64,000 bases of DNA from the human T2T-CHM13v2.0 reference genome, Homo sapiens: NCBI RefSeq assembly GCF_009914755.1, contig NC_060937.1; one strand, given 5' to 3'. Under the pieces are notes generated by a model. The model made no database searches, was not told where the DNA came from, and saw nothing but the letters and a program-made list of their open reading frames with translations. The stretch's first letter is position 1. Each line of letters opens with the position of its first letter. Below, piece by piece: positions 41,031 to 54,410 of the stretch. A program made the translations under genes and the position numbers.

Positions 41031-41509
41031 GGTAAAGAGGAGGGAGGGGACATGAGAAAGAAGATGGAACAGCTCATTTCTTCATGTGTCTCTTCACCCA
41101 ACATGTTTGTATTTATTGAGGGCCTACTATGGGCAGTGTCTCTGTAGTGGAGAGATGAAACCAAAACCCTGTTTTCACAGCATTCATGTCTCATGGAGGA
41201 GTCAGACACCATTCAGATATCCCACTGCTAAGCTGCGTATTCTGGAGAAAAGGAACATAGGTCCTTGAGAGCATACAGCCAGGGAATCCCACCTTGGTTG
41301 GTTGGCCTGAGAAGATGGACTTTGGGAGGGCGGGAGAGCATTTCCAGCCCAGGGGTGGGAAGGCAAGATGAGTGCTAGGGAGAGCCAGCCGGAAGTGCCT
41401 AGGGAGGAGGGAAGAGAGGTGTGGGGTGCAGCCACCCAGGTGGGCAAGGGCCCTGCCATGTCCAACCCTGCCTGGGGACTTGGCCTTTTTTGATTTGAGC
41501 AAAGTAAAT

Positions 41510-42195
41510 ATATTCTGTATTGTGGTAAAACATATCTAAAATAAAATCTTCCATTTTAGCCATGTGTAAGCGTACAATTCAGTGGCATTAATTATATTCA
41601 CAATTTGTGTGACCATCGCCACTATCTATTTTCAGAACCTTTCCTCGCTCCAAAGAGACACTGTGGCCGTGAAGCAGGAACTCCTTGTTTCCAATTCCCT
41701 CATCCCTGGTAACCTGTAATCTACTTTCTGTCTCTATGGACTTGCCTATTTGAGAAATTTCATGTAAATGGAAACATCTAATATTTATCCTTTTGGGTCT
41801 GGCTTATTTCATTGAACATAATGTTTTCAGGGTTTACTCATGTAGGATGTCAGAATTTCATTCCTTTTTATGGTTGAATATCCCATTGTATGTATCTGCC
41901 ACATTTGTTTATTGATTCCTCTGTTGATGGACACTCGGTTGTTTCCACCTCTTGGCTAGTGTGAATAATGCTGCAATAAACATCCGTTTGACTTTTTATT
42001 TTCAGTTCTTTTGGGTATATGCCCTGAAGTATGATTCTAGGTCATATGGTAATTCTATGTTAAATTTTTTTGAGGGAGCTTCATACTATTTTTTATAGCA
42101 GCTGCTCCATTTTACATTCTTACCAGCAATGCACAAGTGTTCCAATTCCTCCACACCCTCAGAAACACTTGTTATTTTTCTGTTGACTTTGATTT
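41510..42195 (-). mobile_element. L1MB 3' fragment
   Basis: tacaattcagtggcatta...ctactttctgtctctatgga.ttgcctatt...accagcaatgcacaag. Confidence 0.88.
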
Positions 42196-42801
42196 ATCCT
42201 AAAAGTATCAGGTCTAAATCCTCTCTCAGAACATGCTCTGATCATCCAAGTCCTGTTGGCAATCTGAAGAGTCTTTATTTTGTGGTGGGACTTTGATGCA
42301 TGTGCCTTCTGGGTAGTTGAAAGAATTCGGGAAATTCTGTTCAGCATCCCTATTGCCAATGACAGCCAGAAAACAGAGACAGAGGTGGGGGGAAACTGCA
42401 TAGGAACTGGGAAAGAGGTGACAAATTTGGGACCTCTCCCATGAGGTACCCATTATAGTGGGCATCTTCTAAGGATTCTTTTCTTCTCCCCATTATAGCA
42501 CCACTTTCCATAGCAGGTGTCAATAAATATATGCTCATAGAAGGTGCTCAATAAATAAACACTTGAATGAAGGAGCTACTCCCACTTCTTTTCCTCATTT
42601 CTCTTCCATCATCCATGATCCAGGTCTGACAAGGGCATCGCTGAAGGTCAGACATCCTAGACTCCCTTAGAGCTATCCCTCCCAGGGCCCTCAGGCTATT
42701 GTGTAGCTGGACCCAGTCAACCACCCTGGGTCTTTTTTGGTACTGACCAGCTGCTTGCCATGACAGTTATTCTACATGGCGCTCATAGCTTTGCAAGAAA
42801 T

Positions 42802-42844
42802 TACACACACACATGCACACACACACACGCACACACACACACAC
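42802..42844. repeat. Imperfect (CA)n
   Basis: Direct. Confidence 0.85.
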
Positions 42845-44089
42845 GGCAGTCCTTTTTAGAACAAGGCAGGGCTAAGCACACAAATAAAAGGAAGAGAAAG
42901 AGGGTGGTTCATCCAAATGATACTCTCTATCCACATTGTGATTTAAAGATTGCAGAGCACCTTGTCAGATATTTTCTCATTCGATCCTCACGATAAACCA
43001 TTGTGGTTGGCAGGGTAAGTGCTGCTATCCATTCTGGTTTTGCAACAGGGGGACAGACTCAGAAAGGGGACATGACCTGCTGAAGGTCAGAGCTGGTAAG
43101 TGGCAGGGACAGGTCTGATTCCATGCCCAGAGCTGGCTCCCTCTCCCAAGCATGGCGATGACTCACCCTGGCCTTCTTGCCCACAACCTGCTGAGGGCCT
43201 CCAGGAAGAGCTCAGCCAGGCTTTTAACAATCAATCAGGAGTTTTCCTGAGGCGTCTGCACAGACTTTTGGCTGGTCTTCTCAGAAGCTGTTCTTGCAAA
43301 ATGCTTTCTTATTTTTCGCCCAACCAATACTGAGGTCAAAAAGAAAAAAAAAAAAAGAAGGGGAAAAAAAAGCCCTTCCATTCTGTACCATTCAGCCTGG
43401 CAAAGCCTATCTCATTCCCGGAATTCTAATTGGAAACTGCCTTCTGTTCTCATTAGTTTGGGTTGTAGCAGTCATTACATTCCAAACAATTAATCCCTGA
43501 ATGCCAATTTCTTACTAGAATTATCCTGGACTCAACAACTGGTTTTCTTAGCAGCAAAGCTGAAGCAATTATTCCCAGCTTTTGTAACTAAACATGCTGT
43601 GCTTGACACTTTACAATGTTTTCATCATCATTGAGTTATCAGCATTTATCTCTACCAGGGGAAAGAAAAGGCTGTCCGATTGTGAAGGCCCAGCAATCAC
43701 ACAGACCTGCTTACTGACATCGATGGGCTCCCTGGGACTTTCTCTTCTTGCTTGGAAAAGAAGGGAGAATATCCCCTGGGCCTCAAATTTCACTGAAATT
43801 CAGAAGTTAGCACCTTCTGAGACTGAGGAATAGGAAACCAATAGGAAGATGCAGCAGAGAGGCCTCGGGTTCCAGGGCAGTTCTCCCTGGGAGCTCAGGG
43901 CCTATGGCTGGTGGGCAGCATCCCGGTCCTCTTGGAGGCTGTCCCGTTGGGCTTCCAGCTCAGTGTCTGTGGGGCATGACACCTCCCTTCCAAAGCTGGG
44001 CCACCTAGAGTCAAGCCCGCAAACCGACCTACTGTGGGCCAGAAGAGGGGTGCTGACCGTCTTGTGCAGGTACCTAAACTTAGGCCTTC

Positions 44090-44310
44090 TGGAGGTGATG
44101 CAGGAGGAACTCCTGAGTTCACAATCCTGACTCTACCACTTGCTGCTGTGTGGCTTTGGACTCACTGCTAAACCTCTCTGGGCCTCAGATCCCTCATCTA
44201 TATAATCATAGCTCTATCTCACAGGGTTATTTAAGGATCAAATAAATTAATATTGGTAATTAGAACAGGGCGTGCCTAACACATAGTAAGTGCTTTATAA
44301 GTGTGTATTT
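44090..44310 (+). mobile_element. MIR
   Basis: aacctctctgggcctcag...acatagtaagtgct. Confidence 0.7.
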
Positions 44311-44754
44311 AAAGACAAGTAAATATAAACTGTCCTTTAATTATTAAAGGGCCCTTTTCATGTTCTTTTGTTCCCTTCAGCAGGTGTGAGAGCCCACAAG
44401 ATAGACTAGAAAGGCAGAAAGAGGAAGACTGATTCTCTCCCACCACCTCCCAAACCACAAAGCTCCCTGATTTATTTGAATATACTCACAAACAAATCTC
44501 AAACCCATTTTTCAAAAAAGCCAAACTTTGGTATTATTGTGATAGTGACTATTTCCCAGCCTCTCCAAAAATGAAACTTGAAGTATTTCTCAATAGCATG
44601 TAGAGAACTAGTCTTCAGATTATCAACTACTAATCAGTCAAGGTTAGAGCAGCTGTAATCCAGTCAATGGAAGCCGGACACAGTAGATTCTTTTCTCTCC
44701 TTTCACTACACTAGCATCAGGACCTATGAACTAAGTGTTCCCTCCTCACATCTA

Positions 44755-45030
44755 GTAATGATAATAATAACAACAACAATAGCAATAATAGCAGCTAACA
44801 TCTGTATAGCATTTATTCTGTGCCAAGCACTTTATTATATTAACTCATTTAGTCCTCAGAACAACTGGAGGAGGCAGGCGGTTATTATTACCCCATTTTA
44901 CAGATGAGGAAACTGAGGTCCCCAAAAAGCTAAACCTCAAGTCCAAAGTCACATGGCTGGCAGCTGTAGAGGCAGTAGCTGAACCCAGGTAGTGTGACTC
45001 CAGAGACCAGCACTTAGCATTACGCTAAAC
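44755..45030 (-). mobile_element. MIR, near full length
   Basis: ccccattttacagatgaggaaactgagg core. Confidence 0.85.
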
Positions 45031-45562
45031 CTTATATATCATCTACCCCATCTGTGAGCTCGGACCCAGTCTGGCTCAGAAACTTAACACTCTCCATAGG
45101 CTGGAGGGATCTGCGGGGCTTGGGACCAAGTCTCACTGCTCCTCAGGCTCTGGACTTGTATATGACAGCTCTCTGAATATCACGTTTCTGCCTTAGAGCA
45201 CGCTTTGGGAGACGCCTGATTCTTTCCCTGTTCTTCAGCCTCTGTATTGATAACACGCTTAGTTTTCCCACTTTCTTGCCTTGTTCTTGCAGTTCTTAGC
45301 CTTTTATTTATTAATTAGACCTACATCTACTATGCACCCACTATACCAGCCAGTCATTTATACCAGGCCTGGGGATACAGAGCCCTTGGGGTACTCACCA
45401 TCTGATAGGGACACGGATATGCAAGTGAATGCGTAGAGTGGAGAGTCTGAGCTTTGTGCTTAAAATCAGTGAGAACGAGTGAGGCAGATAGAGGGGGTCA
45501 AGGATTAGCAGGAAAGGCTTCACAGAGGAGAAGGCAGGGACTAGGACTTGAAAAGTCCTGCC

Positions 45563-46124
45563 AGGTTATTTTATTGTAAAGACACATGCATGCATATGTT
45601 CATTGCATCACTGTTTACAATAGCAAAGACATGGAATCAATCTAAATGCCCATCAGTGATAGACTGGGTAAAGAAACTGTAGTGCATATACGCCATGGAA
45701 TACTATGCAGCTGTAAAAAGGAACAAGATCATGTCCTTTGCAGGGACACAGATGGAGTTGGAAGCCACTATATTATCAAGGAACAAGATCGTGTCCTTTG
45801 CAGGGACATAGATGGAGTTGGAAGCCCTTATTCTCAGCAAACTAACGCATGAACAGAAAACCAAATACAGCATGTTTTCACTTATAAGTGGGAGCTGATT
45901 ATTGAGGAGAACACATGGACACATGGCAGGGGAGAACAACAACACTGGGCACCTGTGAGGGGATGGGGAGAGGGAGAGCATCAGGAAGAACAGCTAATGG
46001 ATGCTGAGTTTACTACCTGGGTGATGGGATGATCTGTGCAGTAAACCAACATGGGACACGTTTACCTATGAAACAAACCTTCACATCCTGCACGTGTACC
46101 CCAAACTTAAAAGTTGAAATAAAG
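45563..46124 (+). mobile_element. 5'-truncated L1PA (about PA8-13) 3' end with an internal tandem duplication
   Basis: aaagacacatgca...ggaatactatgcagc...cacatcctgcac.tgtacccc; degenerate TSD gaaa..tcctgcc. Confidence 0.9.
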
Positions 46125-46767
46125 AAATCCTGCCTCAGTCAGTAACCTTGTGGGCCATGACCCTGCTTCCTGTTGCTGGACGTTCCTGGATGTCCCCAGT
46201 TGCCTGTAATATTTGCCAGTGGTCACTTTGCAGACATCACATCTTGCCTGCTTGGACATACCCAGGTGACCTCAGAGAGTAAAAGAGAATTGCATTTGTC
46301 ATCTTTATTTTATAATTGGTTAGTGGTAAATGTGTAGACATCTGCCGCCCTAGTGCCAGCCCCATGCCTCCCAGTGAAGCTTCACATCTGTCTGGATTTG
46401 TGTCCCCTAGGGACACCATAACAGTGGCCTTCGTCTTCTCAGCTTCACATGGAGAAAACATCTTCCCAGCTCTCCCTTTTCTACTCCCAAATCTTTTGGG
46501 GAGATCTAGGGGGCAAAGGAGGAAACCAATCTTATTAATTCTACACTCCAGTAACAAAATAAGACTCAGAGGATTTAAGAGACTCATCTGGTGACTTTGG
46601 ATTTGTTCATAGAGTCATTACTCATTTTGAAGATTTGTCCCTTCTCTACACGTCAAGGCTCACTTCCTTTCCTAATTTCAAACTCTTTCTCATTCCCAGA
46701 GGTTCTTTTCTAACTTACTCATCAAATAATATGAGGAGCTTTTTGGGGACTTCCTTATTTAAATTTG

Positions 46768-46970
46768 AAAAAGAATGAAAAAAAGGAAGGAAGGGAGGAA
46801 GGAAGGAGAGAGAAAGAGAGGGAAAGAAAAAGAAAGAAAGAAAAATACAGAGAGAAAGGAAGAAAGAGACAAGAAGGAAGGAAGGAAAGAAGGAGGGAAG
46901 GAAGGAATGAAGGAAGGAAGGAAGGAAGGAGGGAGGGACAGAGGGAGGGAGGGAGGAAGGGAAGAAGGAA
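46768..46970. repeat. Purine-rich (GGAA/GAAA/GGGA)n low-complexity tract
   Basis: Direct. Confidence 0.93.
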
Positions 46971-48886
46971 TGCATGCAGGCCAAAAGAAATCAATGTTTA
47001 TGAAAGAACTACCGTGTGCCAGGATCTGGTCTAGGTGCTTTTGCTTATATTTACCATATTAATTCTTCTTTAGTCTCACATTGTATGTATTATTACAGGC
47101 AAGGTAAACGAAGCTCAAGGTGATTAAGTAACTTGCCAAGCATCTCATAGATATGAATATTAGAACTAAATTTGAAGCCACATCCTAGTCCAAAGTCCGT
47201 GATGTTTCCAACATGTTGAGAAGTGTTTAAAATACCTCTGTGGACTTTTCTTTTCTACTAAATTTCTGTCACCCATGATAAATGGGTTAAGCTCATAAAA
47301 TTAACCTCGTTTCATTCTCTATTTTATGTCTATTGTATTCACCACATCACCCCCCATTTGGTGTAAATTGCCTCAAACTTTTTTGAAAAGAGGCAGCCTG
47401 TAAATCAGTTCAATTGTAAAGACTCATCTCTGCACACCAAGGTCACCTTGGAGGGAGGTAAAGGGCAAGTGTCATCTTCTCATCTGACAGATGAAGTAGC
47501 CAAGGTTAAGTGACTTGCTCAAGACCACACAAGGAAGCAAGCCAGAACTGCAAATGAAAGCTTAGCCTCTTGATTCTGCATAAACCTCCTTGGCCAAGTC
47601 TTTTCAAGGAGTGGGTGGTAAGTGCCTGGGAGCTCGCCTTTCTGTTTCTAATTTCTCTCCGATTCTTGGAGAGCAGCGCGTTTCTGGCATTTGCTTCAGT
47701 AAGCACGCTGAGAAGGGTCCAACTGGCATTTATTTAATTACCATAAACAGATGTAGCACTTTGGCTTCAATGAGGCAGCTTCTTGATGTGCTCATCAGCC
47801 CTCCTGCTTACAGGGAGGCTCGCACAGGGCACGGGGGTGGCAGAGAACAGTCAGGTTCCTGCAGTGCCAGCGCCTGCCCCAAGTGCCCCCAGGCCACCAC
47901 GCTGGGGGGCACTGTGACAAGCAGACATCATGGAGGACAGGGAATGGTGATGATGGCATATCACTCATGTCTGAGGCCTTTCCTTAGGTTTCCTTTTCAT
48001 TCCTTCCATTCCAGTCTCTCCGGCGAGGCTTCTGCACCCCTTGGTGACTTTTCCCAGACGTCAGTGCTGTTTAATGAGGTGACTCTGGGGCCTCCTTTGG
48101 TGATTTTCCCTCCTTGGCTCCTGCTTGAGTGTTTTTCTCCCGCTTTCTAGGGTCAATGTGGACACAGTCCCTCCTTTCTCTGGCTTTTGACCCGGATACA
48201 TGGCTTGTAGGCATCATCCCGCTTTCCTTCCAGAAGCCCACCTCTCACCCTGATGCCTCCTTCACTCGGTTCTTCTCACAGCAGTGTTTGAAAAAGAAAA
48301 TGTTGGAAGGGCATAAGGGGAAGCGTTTACCAGAAACCAAGGTAGAAGCCGAGTTAAATTAGGTAGGAAATGGTCATTAAAATTTCGTTCCTCTTTGATT
48401 TTAGGAAAAATAAATAAATTTAGTTATAGAGTATGGCCGCTAATGAGAAAGGAAATTTCAAAGGCCTGTGGATCTCTTAGAGAACAGGTGTTACATGCTA
48501 AAAGCCACGTTCTCTTAAAGGCCGTTTTTGCTTTGTATAAAAAGACTTCTTTCTCCTCTTCTTTTTTTTTTTTAACTTTTTTATTTTTTAGAGAAAAAGC
48601 AGCCTGTTTCATAGTATCTGGATGCTTAGAGAGCATTTGCATTTCCAATGTGGCCAACCAGCTTCCACTGTTAGATAATGACAAGACAATCATATGGCCC
48701 AGATTTGGAGATCAGTCCCAGTTTCAGACATGTTTGTCCACCTGTTAAACCAGGTAACCCATTTCTTAAAAAAACATGGTCATAGAGCACAAACTTCCTT
48801 TCCTTCAGGATAATTTTGAATTGAGCATTTACATAAAGTTGTGTCAAAGATTTTCCAGAAATACTGTATACAAACCATAATTTTTA

Positions 48887-49259
<373 letters not shown>

Positions 49260-49298
49260 CTATGATCAGGAAGGAGAGCTAGCTCAACATCAAGGTTA

Positions 49299-49619
<321 letters not shown>

Positions 49620-49819
49620 CTAAACTCTGCTGCTCATGGAATGGGTTCTGGACAGGTTACTTCATCTCTCTGTGCCTCAGCTTCCTCATGTGTAAACTGG
49701 AAATAGACTAATGAATTATCCTGAGGATTTTTTAAAAGGCAATTCAGGTAAATCACTTAGCACAGTGCTTGGCACTTAGTAAGTGCTCAATAAATGTTAG
49801 GTAGTTAAAAAATATACAC

Positions 49820-50030
49820 ATAGTCTTAATTTGGGTTCCCCAAAAACAGAGCCTGAGATAATGATTTGGATGCAGTAGTAAATTTGGGAGGCTATTCCAG
49901 CAAGCAGGAAGAAGGGAAGAAGTCACTGCTGGAGGCCACAGGAACTCGATCCCACCAGGCAGCATAGAGAAGCACAGAGGATGCTACCAGGATTGCCCAC
50001 CCCGAGCCGGAGCATCTTTGTGTGCATTTA
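49820..50030 (-). mobile_element. LTR16/LTR33-like ERVL fragment
   Basis: gtctta.tttgggttcccc.aaaacagagcctgagata..gatttg. Confidence 0.55.
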
Positions 50031-51691
50031 TACACACAGAATGAATAAGACAGGGTCCCAGCTCAGCGTTTTAAAGTGAAATATACTCAATATTAATCCT
50101 AAGGCCAAGCATGTCGGCTCAGTTGTTTGTTGTGAAAAGTAACTGAGGGATGACATATCAAGACGCGCTTTAAAGCACAGAAATTTAATTTTTAAAAAAG
50201 GTTCTGCCACAAAGAGCTGGGTGACATTGAGTAAGATTTTTGACCTTTTTCTGTTTTGATATTCTGTATAATGGAGAATGATAACAATATACTACTTCCC
50301 AGTGATGATTAAATGCATTAGCACTTAACATAGTTCCTGGATGTAGCATTTTGTGGTTGTTACTATCATTATTGTTTTTATTGTGTGTGTAACTAATACG
50401 GTAGAAAACTATTATCAGGGTTTCAGGATGTTTAGCTGCCTTGGCCTAGTATAAGTCATTATACATCCCTAAAGTACACAGAGGGAACCCAGGGTTCCAA
50501 GTGGCCACCTGCCCTGGACTCCCTGTCACATCTTGGCAGAGTCGTAGCTGTTAGATCCGAGAGGCCATGAAGTCTGGTTATGAAGCTGGCAGGTGGCTAG
50601 GCTTGCTGGCCAGTCTCTTGTAAAATCTGTGTTATTGATCTACATTTGGTTTCATCTCTATGGGGCCTTCCTAATGCCAAGCTAACCCTGCCCTCCCTCT
50701 CCAAGGGGCTGCAGTGGCCCATCTCTTCTGCAGAGGATCCTGTCCTTTTTGTCCTGGGGAGCCAGGGCCTACCGTTTCCTTTCTCAGGCTACTTGCTCCA
50801 TGCTGTTTCCAGTGCTGTGCCACAGCTGGAAACAGCCCTGCAATGAGCAGTGCCCTCCTTATCATAGATTCTTGATTAAAAATACATTAAAGGACCAAGA
50901 AATGATTACAAGATATAGCAACTTGCAAGTAAAACTGACACTTCCAGTTAGACCACAATTCTAAATAATCCACAAAGAACCTGTTCTTCTGGTAAAAACA
51001 TTGTGTTTGTTTCTCATCTGTTTTCTGATGGTGCCATAGTCAAGATGAATATGTAGCCTTTGGATCCATCCTGCTGTTTGAAGGTCTGGGATAATGGCTG
51101 CAAGGGTTTGGTGACTTCATTTGGAGCCTCATCCCTGTCCCTCACTATATATTTGTGCCAGCGCTAGAGACACAAGGAACATTTGCCTTTTTAATGCCCC
51201 GCTGTTGTCCAGCTGGTTTATACCTTGGCAAGGTCCTGAGAACAAGACCCCTCTGGGAAGAGGTCCAACACTGCCATGGGGACATATTAGAGAGGCAATG
51301 TCCTTAACCAAAGTACCATCCCCAGCTCTGCTGGAGCCTCATCAGTGGGAACCTTGGGCAAGTCACTTCATCCCCTTGAGCCACATTTGTTAGACCGGCT
51401 CCTTAAACTAGGACATTATTCTGGCTCTCAGCTTAAACACTGTGTGCTTCAAAAGCATGGTCCTCAGCAGGTATGTCCTTTTACTGCTCTACCTTCCCCC
51501 TTCCCTCCAACATACAGTTGGAGTAAAAGTTTGGTCACCCAAACTTAGGCAAAGGAACTTGGGTCACATTTTGTGCATCAGGTAACATCTCTGCAGGACT
51601 CACCTACTAGTAATGATGATAACTACAATTGATGGAGTAATTATAATATGCCAGGTGCTGTGCTGAACACTTTATATAAATCATATGTATA

Positions 51692-51983
51692 TTTTTTGAG
51701 ACAGGGTCTTGCTCTGCTACCCAGGCTGGAGTGCAGTGGTGCAGTCATGGCTCACCACAGCCTGGACCTCCTGGGCTCAAGCGATCATCCCACCTCAGCC
51801 CCTCCACCCTGAATAGCTGACACTACAGGTGTGGGCCACCATGCTTTGCTAATATTTATATTTTTGGAGACACGAGGTCTCACTATGTTGCCCAGGCTGG
51901 TCTCGAACCCCTGGGCTCAAGAATCCTTCTGCCTCAGCCTCCCAAACTGCTGGGATTATAGGCGTGAACCACCGTGCCTGGCC
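51692..51983 (-). mobile_element. AluJ inserted in a MIR
   Basis: gagacagggtcttgctctg...cctcctgggctcaagcgatc. Confidence 0.93.
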
Positions 51984-52354
51984 TGTACATCGTATTATTT
52001 AATCTTTACAACAACCATTTTATAGAGGAGAGCATGCAGACTCTGGGAGGCCAAAGATATTATCCAAGGAATGCAACATTGGATTCAAACCCAGATCTGA
52101 CTCCAAAACTCATACCTTAAGTCCTCAACTAAAACATTTCTCTTCTTTCCCAACACCACTTTCCCCACTTAACTCTTTCCTGAAGCTGGTTGGTTACAGA
52201 CTGGGTGGGGAAGAAGGGTCTTGTTTATCTCTATTTGTTCTTCCACTGTGCTGGGGACCAGTATTCCGCACCCACTGGGCTTCGCATCCTGTGATCTTCT
52301 ATTCAGAGTCCACTCAGGGCCCACACAGGGGAGCATCTCAGAATTGCCATTATT

Positions 52355-52388
<34 letters not shown>

Positions 52389-52397
52389 TGTGTGTGT
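52355..52397. repeat. (TC)8(TG)13 compound microsatellite
   Basis: Direct. Confidence 0.93.
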
Positions 52398-53495
52398 AGA
52401 AACTCAGGTTGGAGTGTAGGCAACTCAGGCCTAGGGCTTAGCTCATTCATGTTTAATTTTCTGATGACAGTGGGATCTAGGAGTTCTGTCTTGCCCTTCC
52501 TCGATTCCAGAGGCTGCAGCCTAGACTGAGCATCATCCCCCTTCTCATCCATGCCGGGCTCAGAGGAAAGCTGTGTCCTCAAGGTGCAACGAACTGCAGG
52601 GCAGAGAGAAAATGTACAACCTCACAGGGACATGCAGTTTCTGCCTCCATCTCTGTCTCTACCCTGCTGAATCTCAGAGTGGTGTCATCGAGCCTGCAGA
52701 TATATACTCTTCGAATCAGATACCCCTCACAGAGCCACCTACCCACGTGCTTACTCAAGCCTCTGCTAATGAAAAGAAGTAATGCATAAGTCATGAGGGG
52801 CAAGTTTTCAGGATGAGCAGAGAAGGGGATTTATCTGCATGGCTCCTGGCTCTGTGAATGACAGGTCCCAGCTCGTTCAGCTCTTGTCCCACTGCAGGCA
52901 TGAGTGTCTTCCTGAGACCCAGCCTGTCTTCCAGGCTCAGAGCCCAGTGGGGTTCCGTGCTTTCTTTGAAGCTAAACATTAAGGACAAATCCGACTTTCA
53001 CATGAGGCAAAAAATTGTTCTATTCACAATTCTCTTCAAGGCCAAAGATAACTCACAAAATACCAAGAAACAGCAAGCACTAAAGCTTGCAGAGAGGAAG
53101 GGAAGGCGGAGAAAGACAGCCAGGTGGGGAGTGTGGGGAGTCAAAGCCAGCTTTGAGTAGCTGTTGTCGTCATAATGACCATGCTAACAATTGGTGCCGG
53201 TCATAATCCCAAAAGATGCAGTCCCAAACATCATAATCCTGAAAGTTGAATTCCCCAAAGATCAAAATTCCTAAAGTCTAAAACCCTGAAAATCTCATTC
53301 CCAAAAGATTAAAATCCCAAATGTTAAAATTCTGAAAGTCAAAATCTGGAGAAAGGATTAGTACATTTAGGTTGTGCGCAGGATATCTGCACCATGTTAG
53401 TTGTATCATGTTAGGCAGAACTATTACCTTGTTATTGTCTTATGTGGAAATGAAGTATGATTTAAAGAGATGCGTATGGGTGCTAAGTTGTGGAT

Positions 53496-54033
53496 TGTGA
53501 ACTAAAATTTAGGTGTCAAGTTGACTGAATTTAAAAATACCTGGAAATCTGGTAAAGCATTATGTCGGATGTTTCTGTGAGGATGTTTCCAGAGGAGGTT
53601 AGTGTGTGAGTATGAGTGGGTTAGCTGAGGAAAAGCTGCCCTCAGTGTTGGTGGGCACCATCTCATTGGCCAATGGCTGGGAGAAACAAATACAGAAAGC
53701 AAATTGATCTCTCTCTGAGATCCGGGACAGATCTCTTCTGCTGCCTTGGACATCAGAACCCCAAGCTCACCAGCCTTTGGACTCCAGGACTTACACCAGC
53801 ACCCACATTTAAATGAGAGTTAACCATTGGCTTCCCTGGTTCTAAGGCCTTCGGACTTGGAGCGAGACATGCTACTGGCATCCCAGGGTCTCTAGCTTGC
53901 AGATGGGCATGCCATGGGACTACTAAGCCGTCATAATCGTGTGAGCCAATTTTCCTAATAAATCCCCTCTCATATATCCATATACATACATATCTTATTG
54001 GTTCTAGCTCTCTGGAGAACCCTGACTAATACA
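53496..54033 (+). mobile_element. MLT2B-like ERVL LTR carried inside Ricksha
   Basis: ggtgtcaagttgactg...tttccagaggag.ttag...ctctggagaaccctgactaataca, then tttggtac (ERVL internal start). Confidence 0.85.
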
Positions 54034-54089
54034 TATTTGGTACTGAGGAAGCCGAATATCATTCATTCTTATGCATTCCTTACAACACA

Positions 54090-54410
54090 TTGGAAGAGAT
54101 CTGTGAAACTGATCCCTCACAAAAATGCTGTGATAAGTTAAGTGTATGAAACTACTTATTGGTGAAAGATAAAAGTTTAAAAGCTAATTATACTGGTGCT
54201 GTGTTAGCAGAAAATTACTTAATTGCAATGGCCCAGCAACAACCAAACTTTCAAATGGACAGCATACACTTAGAAAATTTGTAGACCACAACCACTCTCC
54301 AAATACAAGTGCAACGACTGTTTCGAAGATTATAGAAGAAGTGAAAATGCAGGTGAAAGATACAAAAAATCTCCCCTGCCAAATTATTTAATCATGTACT
54401 ACTTCTGCCC
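54090..54410 (+). pseudogene. Decayed FLYWCH zinc-finger / MULE transposase N-terminus
   Basis: EEICETDPSQKCCDKLSV*NYLLVKDKSLKANY /fs/ YWCCVSRKLLNCNGPATTKLSNGQHTLRKFVDHNH, with the W-x-C-x7-C...HNH pattern. Confidence 0.7.

Noticed and set aside
46715-47062. K/E/R-rich and F/L/S-rich ORFs
   Set aside because: Translation of the polypurine tract.
47590-48150. 186-aa + strand ORF
   Set aside because: Non-ATG start in a MIR edge, no recognisable homology.
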